A stretch of 64,000 nt of DNA from Eledone cirrhosa (lineage: Eukaryota). The DNA lies in assembly GCA_964016885.1 (NCBI GenBank), contig OZ024744.1, positions 12,958,001 through 13,022,000 of the forward strand. Direction: 5' to 3'. Each line of letters opens with the position of its first letter. Position 1 is the first letter of the stretch. Below the pieces are notes generated by a model. The model was not told the DNA's origin. It worked only from the letters and a program-made list of their open reading frames with translations, and made no database searches. Below, in pieces: positions 28,001-41,809 of the stretch. The position numbers were made by a program, and so were the translations under genes.

Positions 28001-31000
28001 AGTTAAAACCACTCTCTAAATTGAGAGATCACAACTCCAATACTATGGTCATGTGGTTAGAATGTCTCAGTAGATCAGAGAGTCACTTCAGTTAAAGCTA
28101 CTCTCTAAATTGAGAGATCACAACTCCAATACTATGGACATGGGGTTTGAGTGTCTCAGTAGATCAGAGAGTCACTCCAGTTAAAGCTACTCTCTAAATT
28201 GAGAGATCACAACTCCAATACTATGGACATGGGGTTTGAATGTCTCAGTAGATCAGAGTGTCACTCCAGTTAAAGCTACTCTCTAAATTGAAAGATCACA
28301 ACTCCAATACTATGGACATGTGGTTAGAATTTCTCAGTAGATTAGCGTGTCACTCCAGTTAAAGCTAATCTCTAAATTGAGAGATCACAACTCCCATACT
28401 ATGGACATGTGGGTAGAATGTCTCAGTAGATCAGAGAGTCACTCCAGTTAAAGCCACTCTCTAAATTGAGAGATCACAACTCCAATACTATGGACATGTG
28501 GTTAGAATGTCTCAGTAGATCAGAGAGTCACTCCAGTTAAAGCTACTCTCTAAATTGAGAGATCACAACTCCCATACTATGGCCATGTGTTTAGAATGTC
28601 TCAGATGATCAGAATGTCACTCCAGTTAAAACCACTCTCTAAATTGAAAGATCACAACTCCAATAATATGGACATGGTGTTTGAATCTCTCAGTAGATCA
28701 GAGTGTCACTCCAGTTAAAGCTACTCTCTAAATTGAGAGATCACAACTCCAATACTATGAACATGGGGTTTGAATGTCTCAGTAGATCAGAGAGTAACTC
28801 CAGTTGAAGCTACTCTATAAATTGAGAGATCACAACTCCAATACTATGGACATGGGGTATGAATGTCTCAGTAGATCGGAGTGTTACTCCAGTTAAAGCT
28901 ACTCTCTAAATTGAGAGATCACAACTCCAATACTGTGGACATGGGGTATGAATGTCTCAGTAGATCGGAGTGTCACTCCAGTTAAAGCTACTCTCTAAAT
29001 TGAGAGATCACAACTCCAATACTATGGACATGGGGTTTGAATGTCTCAGTAGACCAGAGAGTCACTCCAGATAAAGCTACTCTCTAAATTGAGAGATCCC
29101 AACTCCCATACTATGGACATCTGGTTAGAATGTCTCAGTAGATCAGAGAGTCACTCCAGTTAAAGCTACTCTCTAAATTGAGAGATCACAACTCCCATAC
29201 TATGGCCATGTGTTTAGAATGTCTCAGATGATCAGAGTGTCACTCCAGTTAAAACCACTCTCTAAATTGAGAGATCACAACTCCAATACTATGGTCATGT
29301 GGTTAGAATGTCTCAGTAGATGAGAGAGTCACTCCAGTTAAAGCCACTCTCTAAATTAAGAGATCACAACTCCAATACTATGGACATGTGGTTAGAATGT
29401 CTCAGTAGATCAGAGAGTCACTCCAGTTAAAGCCACTCTCTAAATTGAGAGATCACAACTCCCATACTATGGACATGTGGTTAGAATGTCTCAGTAGATC
29501 AGAGTGTCACTCCAGTTAAAGCCACTCTCTAAATTGAGAGATCACAACTTCCATACTATCGACATGTGGTTAGAATGTTTCAGTAGATCAGAGAGTCACT
29601 TCGGTTAAAGCCACTCTCTAAATTGATAGATCACAACTCCAATACTATGGTCATGTCGTTAGAATGTCTCAGTAGATCAGAGAGTCACTTCGGTTAAAGC
29701 CACTCTCTAAATTGATAGATCACAACTCCAATACTATGGTCATGTCGTTAGAATGTCTCAGTAGATCAGAGAGTCACTCCAGTTAAAGCCACTCTCTAAA
29801 TTGAAAGATCACAACTCCAATACTATGGACATGGTGTTTGAATCTCTCAGTAGATCAGAGTGTCACTCCAGTTAAAGCTACTCTCTAAATTGAGAGATCA
29901 CAACTCCAATACTATGGACATGGTGTTTGAATCTCTCAGTAGATCAGAGTGTCACTCCAGTTAAAGCTACTCTCTAAATTGAGAGATCACAACTCCAATA
30001 CTATGAACATGGGGTTTGAATGTCTCAGTAGATCAGAGAGTCACTCCAGTTAAAGCTTCTCTCTAAATTGAGAGATCACAACTCCCATACTATGGCCATG
30101 TGTTTAGAATGTCTCAGATGATCAGAGTGTCACTCCAGTTAAAACCACTCTCTAAATTGAGAGATCACAACTCCAATACTATGGTCATGTGGTTAGAATG
30201 TCTCAGTAGATCAGAGAGTCACTTCAGTTAAAGCTACTCTCTAAATTGAGAGATCACAACTCCAATACTATGGACATGGGGTTTGAGTGTCTCAGTAGAT
30301 CAGAGAGTCACTCCAGTTAAAGCTACTCTCTAAATTGAGAGATCACAACTCCAATACTATGGACATGGGGTTTGAATGTCTCAGTAGATCAGAGTGTCAC
30401 TCCAGTTAAAGCTACTCTCTAAATTGAAAGATCACAACTCCAATACTATGGACATGTGGTTAGAATTTCTCAGTAGATTAGCGTGTCACTCCAGTTAAAG
30501 CTAATCTCTAAATTGAGAGATCACAACTCCCATACTATGGACATGTGGGTAGAATGTCTCAGTAGATCAGAGAGTCACTCCAGTTAAAGCCACTCTCTAA
30601 ATTGAGAGATCACAACTCCAATACTATGGACATGTGGTTAGAATGTCTCAGTAGATCAGAGAGTCACTCCAGTTAAAGCTACTCTATAAATTGAGAGATC
30701 ACAACTCCCATACTATGGCCATGTGTTTAGAATGTCTCAGATGATCAGAATGTCACTCCAGTTAAAACCACTCTCTAAATTGAAAGATCACAACTCCAAT
30801 TAAATGGACATGGTGTTTGAATCTCTCAGTAGATCAGAGTGTCACTCCAGTTAAAGCTACTCTCTAAATTGAGAGATCACAACTCCAATACTATGAACAT
30901 GGGGTTTGAATGTCTCAGTAGATCAGAGAGTAACTCCAGTTGAAGCTACTCTATAAATTGAGAGATCACAACTCCAATACTATGGACATGGGGTATGAAT

Positions 31001-34000
31001 GTCTCAGTAGATCGGAGTGTTACTCCAGTTAAAGCTACTCTCTAAATTGAGAGATCACAACTCCAATACTGTGGACATGGGGTATGAATGTCTCAGTAGA
31101 TCGGAGTGTCACTCCAGTTAAAGCTACTCTCTAAATTGAGAGATCACAACTCCCATACTATGGACATGTGGTTAGAATGTCTCAGTAGATCAGAGAGTCA
31201 CTCCAGTTAAAGCTACTCTCTAAATTGAGAGATGACAACTCCAATACTATGGACATGGAGTTTGAATGTCTCAGTAGATCAGAGAGTCACTCCAGTTAAA
31301 GCTACTCTCTAAATTGAAAGATCACAACTCCAATACTATGGACATGTGGTTAGAATTTCTCAGTAGATTACCGTGTCACTCCAGTTAAAGCTACTCTCTA
31401 AATTGAGAGATCACAACTCCCATACTATGGACATGTGGGTAGAATGTCTCAGTAGATCAGAGAGTCACTCCAGTTAAAGCCACTCTCTAAATTGAGAGAT
31501 CACAACTCCAATACTATGGACATGTGGTTAGAATGTCTCAGTAGATCAGAGAGTCACTCCAGTTAAAGCTACTCTCTAAATTGAGAGATCACAACTCCCA
31601 TACTATGGCCATGTGTTTAGAATGTCTCAGATGATCAGAATGTCACTCCAGTTAAAACCACTCTCTAAATTGAAAGATCACAACTCCAATAATATGGACA
31701 TGGTGTTTGAATCTCTCAGTAGATCAGAGTGTCACTCCAGTTAAAGCTACTCTCTAAATTGAGAGATCACAACTCCAATACTATGAACATGGGGTTTGAA
31801 TGTCTCAGTAGATCGGAGTGTTACTCCAGTTAAAGCTACTCTCTAAATTGAGAGATCACAACTCCAATACTGTGGACATGGGGTATGAATGTCTCAGTAG
31901 ATCGGAGTGTCACTCCAGTTAAAGCTACTCTCTAAATTGAGAGATCACAACTCCCATACTATGGACATGTGGTTAGAATGTCTCAGTAGATCAGAGAGTC
32001 ACTCCAGTTAAAGCTACTCTCTAAATTGAGAGATGACAACTCCAATACTATGGACATGGAGTTTGAATGTCTCAGTAGATCAGAGAGTCACTCCAGTTAA
32101 AGCTACTCTCTAAATTGAAAGATCACAACTCCAATACTATGGACATGTGGTTAGAATTTCTCAGTAGATTACCGTGTCACTCCAGTTAAAGCTACTCTCT
32201 AAATTGAGAGATCACAACTCCCATACTATGGACATGTGGGTAGAATGTCTCAGTAGATCAGAGAGTCACTCCAGTTAAAGCCACTCTCTAAATTGAGAGA
32301 TCACAACTCCAATACTATGGACATGTGGTTAGAATGTCTCAGTAGATCAGAGAGTCACTCCAGTTAAAGCTACTCTCTAAATTGAGAGATCACAACTCCC
32401 ATACTATGGCCATGTGTTTAGAATGTCTCAGATGATCAGAATGTCACTCCAGTTAAAACCACTCTCTAAATTGAAAGATCACAACTCCAATAATATGGAC
32501 ATGGTGTTTGAATCTCTCAGTAGATCAGAGTGTCACTCCAGTTAAAGCTACTCTCTAAATTGAGAGATCACAACTCCAATACTATGAACATGGGGTTTGA
32601 ATGTCTCAGTAGATCAGAGAGTAACTCCAGTTGAAGCTACTCTATAAATTGAGAGATCACAACTCCAATACTATGGACATGGGGTATGAATGTCTCAGTA
32701 GATCGGAGTGTTACTCCAGTTAAAGCTACTCTCTAAATTGAGAGATCACAACTCCAATACTGTGGACATGGGGTATGAATGTCTCAGTAGATCGGAGTGT
32801 CACTCCAGTTAAAGCTACTCTCTAAATTGAGAGATCACAACTCCAATACTATGGACATGGGGTTTGAATGTCTCAGTAGACCAGAGAGTCACTCCAGATA
32901 AAGCTACTCTCTAAATTGAGAGATCCCAACTCCCATACTATGGACATCTGGTTAGAATGTCTCAGTAGATCAGAGAGTCACTCCAGTTAAAGCTACTCTC
33001 TAAATTGAGAGATCACAACTCCCATACTATGGCCATGTGTTTAGAATGTCTCAGATGATCAGAGTGTCACTCCAGTTAAAACCACTCTCTAAATTGAGAG
33101 ATCACAACTCCAATACTATGGTCATGTGGTTAGAATGTCTCAGTAGATCAGAGAGTCACTCCAGTTAAAGCCACTCTCTAAATTAAGAGATCACAACTCC
33201 AATACTATGGACATGTGGTTAGAATGTCTCAGTAGATCAGAGAGTCACTCCAGTTAAAGCCACTCTCTAAATTGAGAGATCACAACTCCCATACTATGGA
33301 CATGTGGTTAGAATGTCTCAGTAGATCAGAGTGTCACTCCAGTTAAAGCCACTCTCTAAATTGAGAGATCACAACTTCCATACTATGGACATGTGGTTAG
33401 AATGTTTCAGTAGATCAGAGAGTCACTTCGGTTAAAGCCACTCTCTAAATTGATAGATCACAACTCCAATACTATGGTCATGTCGTTAGAATGTCTCAGT
33501 AGATCAGAGAGTCACTTCGGTTAAAGCCACTCTCTAAATTGATAGATCACAACTCCAATACTATGGTCATGTCGTTAGAATGTCTCAGTAGATCAGAGAG
33601 TCACTCCAGTTAAAGCCACTCTCTAAATTGAAAGATCACAACTCCAATACTATGGACATGGTGTTTGAATCTCTCAGTAGATCAGAGTGTCACTCCAGTT
33701 AAAGCTACTCTCTAAATTGAGAGATCACAACTCCAATACTATGGACATGGTGTTTGAATCTCTCAGTAGATCAGAGTGTCACTCCAGTTAAAGCTACTCT
33801 CTAAATTGAGAGATCACAACTCCAATACTATGAACATGGGGTTTGAATGTCTCAGTAGATCAGAGAGTCACTCCAGTTAAAGCTTCTCTCTAAATTGAGA
33901 GATCACAACTCCCATACTATGGCCATGTGTTTAGAATGTCTCAGATGATCAGAGTGTCACTCCAGTTAAAACCACTCTCTAAATTGAGAGATCACAACTC

Positions 34001-37000
34001 CAATACTATGGTCATGTGGTTAGAATGTCTCAGTAGATCAGAGAGTCACTTCAGTTAAAGCTACTCTCTAAATTGAGAGATCACAACTCCAATACTATGG
34101 ACATGGGGTTTGAGTGTCTCAGTAGATCAGAGAGTCACTCCAGTTAAAGCTACTCTCTAAATTGAGAGATCACAACTCCAATACTATGGACATGGGGTTT
34201 GAATGTCTCAGTAGATCAGAGTGTCACTCCAGTTAAAGCTACTCTCTAAATTGAAAGATCACAACTCCAATACTATGGACATGTGGTTAGAATTTCTCAG
34301 TAGATTAGCGTGTCACTCCAGTTAAAGCTAATCTCTAAATTGAGAGATCACAACTCCCATACTATGGACATGTGGGTAGAATGTCTCAGTAGATCAGAGA
34401 GTCACTCCAGTTAAAGCCACTCTCTAAATTGAGAGATCACAACTCCAATACTATGGACATGTGGTTAGAATGTCTCAGTAGATCAGAGAGTCACTCCAGT
34501 TAAAGCTACTCTCTAAATTGAGAGATCACAACTCCCATACTATGGCCATGTGTTTAGAATGTCTCAGATGATCAGAATGTCACTCCAGTTAAAACCACTC
34601 TCTAAATTGAAAGATCACAACTCCAATTAAATGGACATGGTGTTTGAATCTCTCAGTAGATCAGAGTGTCACTCCAGTTAAAGCTACTCTCTAAATTGAG
34701 AGATCACAACTCCAATACTATGAACATGGGGTTTGAATGTCTCAGTAGATCAGAGAGTAACTCCAGTTGAAGCTACTCTATAAATTGAGAGATCACAACT
34801 CCAATACTATGGACATGGGGTATGAATGTCTCAGTAGATCGGAGTGTTACTCCAGTTAAAGCTACTCTCTAAATTGAGAGATCACAACTCCAATACTGTG
34901 GACATGGGGTATGAATGTCTCAGTAGATCGGAGTGTCACTCCAGTTAAAGCTACTCTCTAAATTGAGAGATCACAACTCCAATACTATGGACATGGGGTT
35001 TGAATGTCTCAGTAGACCAGAGAGTCACTCCAGATAAAGCTACTCTCTAAATTGAGAGATCCCAACTCCCATACTATGGACATCTGGTTAGAATGTCTCA
35101 GTAGATCAGAGAGTCACTCCAGTTAAAGCTACTCTCTAAATTGAGAGATCACAACTCCCATACTATGGCCATGTGTTTAGAATGTCTCAGATGATCAGAG
35201 TGTCACTCCAGTTAAAACCACTCTCTAAATTGAGAGATCACAACTCCAATACTATGGTCATGTGGTTAGAATGTCTCAGTAGATCAGAGAGTCACTCCAG
35301 TTAAAGCCACTCTCTAAATTAAGAGATCACAACTCCAATACTATGGACATGTGGTTAGAATGTCTCAGTAGATCAGAGAGTCACTCCAGTTAAAGCCACT
35401 CTCTAAATTGAGAGATCACAACTCCCATACTATGGACATGTGGTTAGAATGTCTCAGTAGATCAGAGTGTCACTCCAGTTAAAGCCACTCTCTAAATTGA
35501 GAGATCACAACTTCCATACTATGGACATGTGGTTAGAATGTTTCAGTAGATCAGAGAGTCACTTCGGTTAAAGCCACTCTCTAAATTGATAGATCACAAC
35601 TCCAATACTATGGTCATGTCGTTAGAATGTCTCAGTAGATCAGAGAGTCACTCCAGTTAAAGCCACTCTCTAAATTGAAAGATCACAACTCCAATACTAT
35701 GGACATGGTGTTTGAATCTCTCAGTAGATCAGAGTGTCACTCCAGTTAAAGCTACTCTCTAAATTGAGAGATCACAACTCCAATACTATGAACATGGGGT
35801 TTGAATGTCTCAGTAGATCAGAGAGTCACTCCAGTTAAAGCTACTCTATAAATTGAGAGATCACAACTCCAATACTATGGACATGGGGTTTAAAAGACTC
35901 AGTAGATCAGAGTGTCACTCCAGTTAAAGCTACTCTCTAAATTGAGAGATTACAACTCCAATACTATGGACATGGGGTTTGAATGTCTCAATAGATCAGA
36001 GAGTCACTCCAGTTAAAGATACTCTCTAAATTGAGAGATCACAACACCATTACTATGGACATGTGGTTAGAATGTCTCAGTAGATTAGAGTGTCACTCCA
36101 GTTAAAACCACTCTCTAAATTGAGAGATCACAACTCCCATACTATGGCCATGTGTTTAGAATGTCTCAGATGATCAGAGTGTCACTCCAGTTAAAACCAC
36201 TCTCTAAATTGAGAGATCACAACTCCAATACTATGGTCATGTGGTTAGAATGTCTCAGTAGATCAGAGAGTCACTCCAGTTAAAGCCACTCTCTAAATTA
36301 AGAGATCACAACTCCAATACTATGGACATGTGGTTAGAATGTCTCAGTAGATCAGAGAGTCACTCCAGTTAAAGCCACTCTCTAAATTGAGAGATCACAA
36401 CTCCCATACTATGGACATGTGGTTAGAATGTCTCAGTAGATCAGAGTGTCACTCCAGTTAAAGCCACTCTCTAAATTGAGAGATCACAACTTCCATACTA
36501 TGGACATGTGGTTAGAATGTTTCAGTAGATCAGAGAGTCACTTCGGTTAAAGCCACTCTCTAAATTGATAGATCACAACTCCAATACTATGGTCATGTCG
36601 TTAGAATGTCTCAGTAGATCAGAGAGTCACTTCGGTTAAAGCCACTCTCTAAATTGATAGATCACAACTCCAATACTATGGTCATGTCGTTAGAATGTCT
36701 CAGTAGATCAGAGAGTCACTCCAGTTAAAGCCACTCTCTAAATTGAAAGATCACAACTCCAATACTATGGACATGGTGTTTGAATCTCTCAGTAGATCAG
36801 AGTGTCACTCCAGTTAAAGCTACTCTCTAAATTGAGAGATCACAACTCCAATACTATGGACATGGTGTTTGAATCTCTCAGTAGATCAGAGTGTCACTCC
36901 AGTTAAAGCTACTCTCTAAATTGAGAGATCACAACTCCAATACTATGAACATGGGGTTTGAATGTCTCAGTAGATCAGAGAGTCACTCCAGTTAAAGCTT

Positions 37001-40000
37001 CTCTCTAAATTGAGAGATCACAACTCCCATACTATGGCCATGTGTTTAGAATGTCTCAGATGATCAGAGTGTCACTCCAGTTAAAACCACTCTCTAAATT
37101 GAGAGATCACAACTCCAATACTATGGTCATGTGGTTAGAATGTCTCAGTAGATCAGAGAGTCACTTCAGTTAAAGCTACTCTCTAAATTGAGAGATCACA
37201 ACTCCAATACTATGGACATGGGGTTTGAGTGTCTCAGTAGATCAGAGAGTCACTCCAGTTAAAGCTACTCTCTAAATTGAGAAATCACAACTCCAATACT
37301 ATGGACATGGGGTTTGAATGTCTCAGTAGATCAGAGTGTCACTCCAGTTAAAGCTACTCTCTAAATTGAAAGATCACAACTCCAATACTATGGACATGTG
37401 GTTAGAATTTCTCAGTAGATTAGCGTGTCACTCCAGTTAAAGCTAATCTCTAAATTGAGAGATCACAACTCCCATACTATGGACATGTGGGTAGAATGTC
37501 TCAGTAGATCAGAGAGTCACTCCAGTTAAAGCCACTCTCTAAATTGAGAGATCACAACTCCAATACTATGGACATGTGGTTAGAATGTCTCAGTAGATCA
37601 GAGAGTCACTCCAGTTAAAGCTACTCTCTAAATTGAGAGATCACAACTCCCATACTATGGCCATGTGTTTAGAATGTCTCAGATGATCAGAATGTCACTC
37701 CAGTTAAAACCACTCTCTAAATTGAAAGATCACAACTCCAATTAAATGGACATGGTGTTTGAATCTCTCAGTAGATCAGAGTGTCACTCCAGTTAAAGCT
37801 ACTCTCTAAATTGAGAGATCACAACTCCAATACTATGAACATGGGGTTTGAATGTCTCAGTAGATCAGAGAGTAACTCCAGTTGAAGCTACTCTATAAAT
37901 TGAGAGATCACAACTCCAATACTATGGACATGGGGTATGAATGTCTCAGTAGATCGGAGTGTTACTCCAGTTAAAGCTACTCTCTAAATTGAGAGATCAC
38001 AACTCCAATACTGTGGACATGGGGTATGAATGTCTCAGTAGATCGGAGTGTCACTCCAGTTAAAGCTACTCTCTAAATTGAGAGATCACAACTCCAATAC
38101 TATGGACATGGGGTTTGAATGTCTCAGTAGACCAGAGAGTCACTCCAGATAAAGCTACTCTCTAAATTGAGAGATCCCAACTCCCATACTATGGACATCT
38201 GGTTAGAATGTCTCAGTAGATCAGAGAGTCACTCCAGTTAAAGCTACTCTCTAAATTGAGAGATCACAACTCCCATACTATGGCCATGTGTTTAGAATGT
38301 CTCAGATGATCAGAGTGTCACTCCAGTTAAAACCACTCTCTAAATTGAGAGATCACAACTCCAATACTATGGTCATGTGGTTAGAATGTCTCAGTAGATC
38401 AGAGAGTCACTCCAGTTAAAGCCACTCTCTAAATTAAGAGATCACAACTCCAATACTATGGACATGTGGTTAGAATGTCTCAGTAGATCAGAGAGTCACT
38501 CCAGTTAAAGCCACTCTCTAAATTGAGAGATCACAACTCCCATACTATGGACATGTGGTTAGAATGTCTCAGTAGATCAGAGTGTCACTCCAGTTAAAGC
38601 CACTCTCTAAATTGAGAGATCACAACTTCCATACTATGGACATGTGGTTAGAATGTTTCAGTAGATCAGAGAGTCACTTCGGTTAAAGCCACTCTCTAAA
38701 TTGATAGATCACAACTCCAATACTATGGTCATGTCGTTAGAATGTCTCAGTAGATCAGAGAGTCACTCCAGTTAAAGCCACTCTCTAAATTGAAAGATCA
38801 CAACTCCAATACTATGGACATGGTGTTTGAATCTCTCAGTAGATCAGAGTGTCACTCCAGTTAAAGCTACTCTCTAAATTGAGAGATCACAACTCCAATA
38901 CTATGAACATGGGGTTTGAATGTCTCAGTAGATCAGAGAGTCACTCCAGTTAAAGCTACTCTATAAATTGAGAGATCACAACTCCAATACTATGGACATG
39001 GGGTTTAAAAGACTCAGTAGATCAGAGTGTCACTCCAGTTAAAGCTACTCTCTAAATTGAGAGATTACAACTCCAATACTATGGACATGGGGTTTGAATG
39101 TCTCAATAGATCAGAGAGTCACTCCAGTTAAAGATACTCTCTAAATTGAGAGATCACAACACCATTACTATGGACATGTGGTTAGAATGTCTCAGTAGAT
39201 TAGAGTGTCACTCCAGTTAAAGCTACTCTCTAAATTGAGAGATCACAACACCCATACTATGGACATGTGGTTAGAATGTCTCAGTAGATCAGAGAGTCAC
39301 TCCAGTTAAAGCTACTCTCTAAATTGAGAGATGACAACTCCAATACTATGGACATGGGGTTTGAATGTCTCAGTAGACCAGAGTGTCACTCCAGTTAAAG
39401 CTACCCTCTAAATTGAGAGATCACAACTCCAATACTATGGACATGGGGTATGAATGTCTCAGTAGATCGGAGTGTCACTCCATTTAAAGCTACTCTCTAA
39501 ATTGAGAGATCACAACTCCAATACTATGGACATGGTGTTTGAATGTCTCAGTAGATCAGAGAGTCACTCCAGTTAAAGCTACTCTCTAAATTGAGAGATC
39601 ACAACTCCCATACTATGGACATGGGGTTTGAATGTCTCAGTAGATCAGAGAGTCATTCCAGTTAAAGCTACTCTCTAAATTGAGAGATTACAACTCCAAT
39701 ACTATGGACATGGGATTTGAATGTCTCAATAGATCAGAGAGTCACTCCAGTTAAAGCTACTCTCTAAATTGAGAGATCACAACACCATTACTATGGACAT
39801 GTGGTTAGGATGTCTCAGTAGATTAGAGTGTCACTCCAGTTAAAGCTACTCTCTAAATTGAGAGATCACAACTCCCATACTATGGACATGTGGTTAGAAT
39901 GTCTCAGTAGATCAGAGAGTCACTCCAGTTAAAGCTACTCTCTAAATTGAGAGATGACAACTCCAATACTATGGACATGGAGTTTGAATGTCTCAGTAGA

Positions 40001-41800
40001 TCAGAGAGTCACTCCAGTTAAAGCTACTCTCTAAATTGAAAGATCACAACTCCAATACTATGGACATGTGGTTAGAATTTCTCAGTAGATTACCGTGTCA
40101 CTCCAGTTAAAGCTACTCTCTAAATTGAGAGATCACAACTCCCATACTATGGACATGTGGGTAGAATGTCTCAGTAGATCAGAGAGTCACTCCAGTTAAA
40201 GCCACTCTCTAAATTGAGAGATCACAACTCCAATACTATGGACATGTGGTTAGAATGTCTCAGTAGATCAGAGAGTCACTCCAGTTAAAGCTACTCTCTA
40301 AATTGAGAGATCACAACTCCCATACTATGGCCATGTGTTTAGAATGTCTCAGATGATCAGAATGTCACTCCAGTTAAAACCACTCTCTAAATTGAAAGAT
40401 CACAACTCCAATAATATGGACATGGTGTTTGAATCTCTCAGTAGATCAGAGTGTCACTCCAGTTAAAGCTACTCTCTAAATTGAGAGATCACAACTCCAA
40501 TACTATGAACATGGGGTTTGAATGTCTCAGTAGATCAGAGAGTAACTCCAGTTGAAGCTACTCTATAAATTGAGAGATCACAACTCCAATACTATGGACA
40601 TGGGGTATGAATGTCTCAGTAGATCGGAGTGTTACTTCAGTTAAAGCTACTCTCTAAATTGAGAGATCACAACTCCAATACTGTGGACATGGGGTATGAA
40701 TGTCTCAGTAGATCGGAGTGTCACTCCAGTTAAAGCTACTCTCTAAATTGAGAGATCACAACTCCAATACTATGGACATGGGGTTTGAATGTCTCAGTAG
40801 ACCAGAGAGTCACTCCAGATAAAGCTACTCTCTAAATTGAGAGATCCCAACTCCCATACTATGGACATCTGGTTAGAATGTCTCAGTAGATCAGAGAGTC
40901 ACTCCAGTTAAAGCTACTCTCTAAATTGAGAGATCACAACTCCCATACTATGGCCATGTGTTTAGAATGTCTCAGATGATCAGAGTGTCACTCCAGTTAA
41001 AACCACTCTCTAAATTGAGAGATCACAACTCCAATACTATGGTCATGTGGTTAGAATGTCTCAGTAGATCAGAGAGTCACTCCAGTTAAAGCCACTCTCT
41101 AAATTAAGAGATCACAACTCCAATACTATGGACATGTGGTTAGAATGTCTCAGTAGATCAGAGAGTCACTCCAGTTAAAGCCACTCTCTAAATTGAGAGA
41201 TCACAACTCCCATACTATGGACATGTGGTTAGAATGTCTCAGTAGATCAGAGTGTCACTCCAGTTAAAGCCACTCTCTAAATTGAGAGATCACAACTTCC
41301 ATACTATGGACATGTGGTTAGAATGTTTCAGTAGATCAGAGAGTCACTTCGGTTAAAGCCACTCTCTAAATTGATAGATCACAACTCCAATACTATGGTC
41401 ATGTCGTTAGAATGTCTCAGTAGATCAGAGAGTCACTTCGGTTAAAGCCACTCTCTAAATTGATAGATCACAACTCCAATACTATGGTCATGTCGTTAGA
41501 ATGTCTCAGTAGATCAGAGAGTCACTCCAGTTAAAGCCACTCTCTAAATTGAAAGATCACAACTCCAATACTATGGACATGGTGTTTGAATCTCTCAGTA
41601 GATCAGAGTGTCACTCCAGTTAAAGCTACTCTCTAAATTGAGAGATCACAACTCCAATACTATGGACATGGTGTTTGAATCTCTCAGTAGATCAGAGTGT
41701 CACTCCAGTTAAAGCTACTCTCTAAATTGAGAGATCACAACTCCAATACTATGAACATGGGGTTTGAATGTCTCAGTAGATCAGAGAGTCACTCCAGTTA
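16100..41800. repeat. HOR domain 2: 38/39-mer (3382/3471 bp) family with 24-, 9- and 35-mer derivatives
   Basis: AAAGATAC at 18395, 21866, 25248 (39, 38 monomers). TTAAAGCTTC at 21061, 24443, 27914, 30050, 33877, 36992, 41798 (38, 39, 24, 43, 35, 54). GATTACCGTG at 19351, 22733, 26204, 31366, 32167, 40088. Edges approximate. Confidence 0.8.
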
Positions 41801-41809
41801 AAGCTTCTC

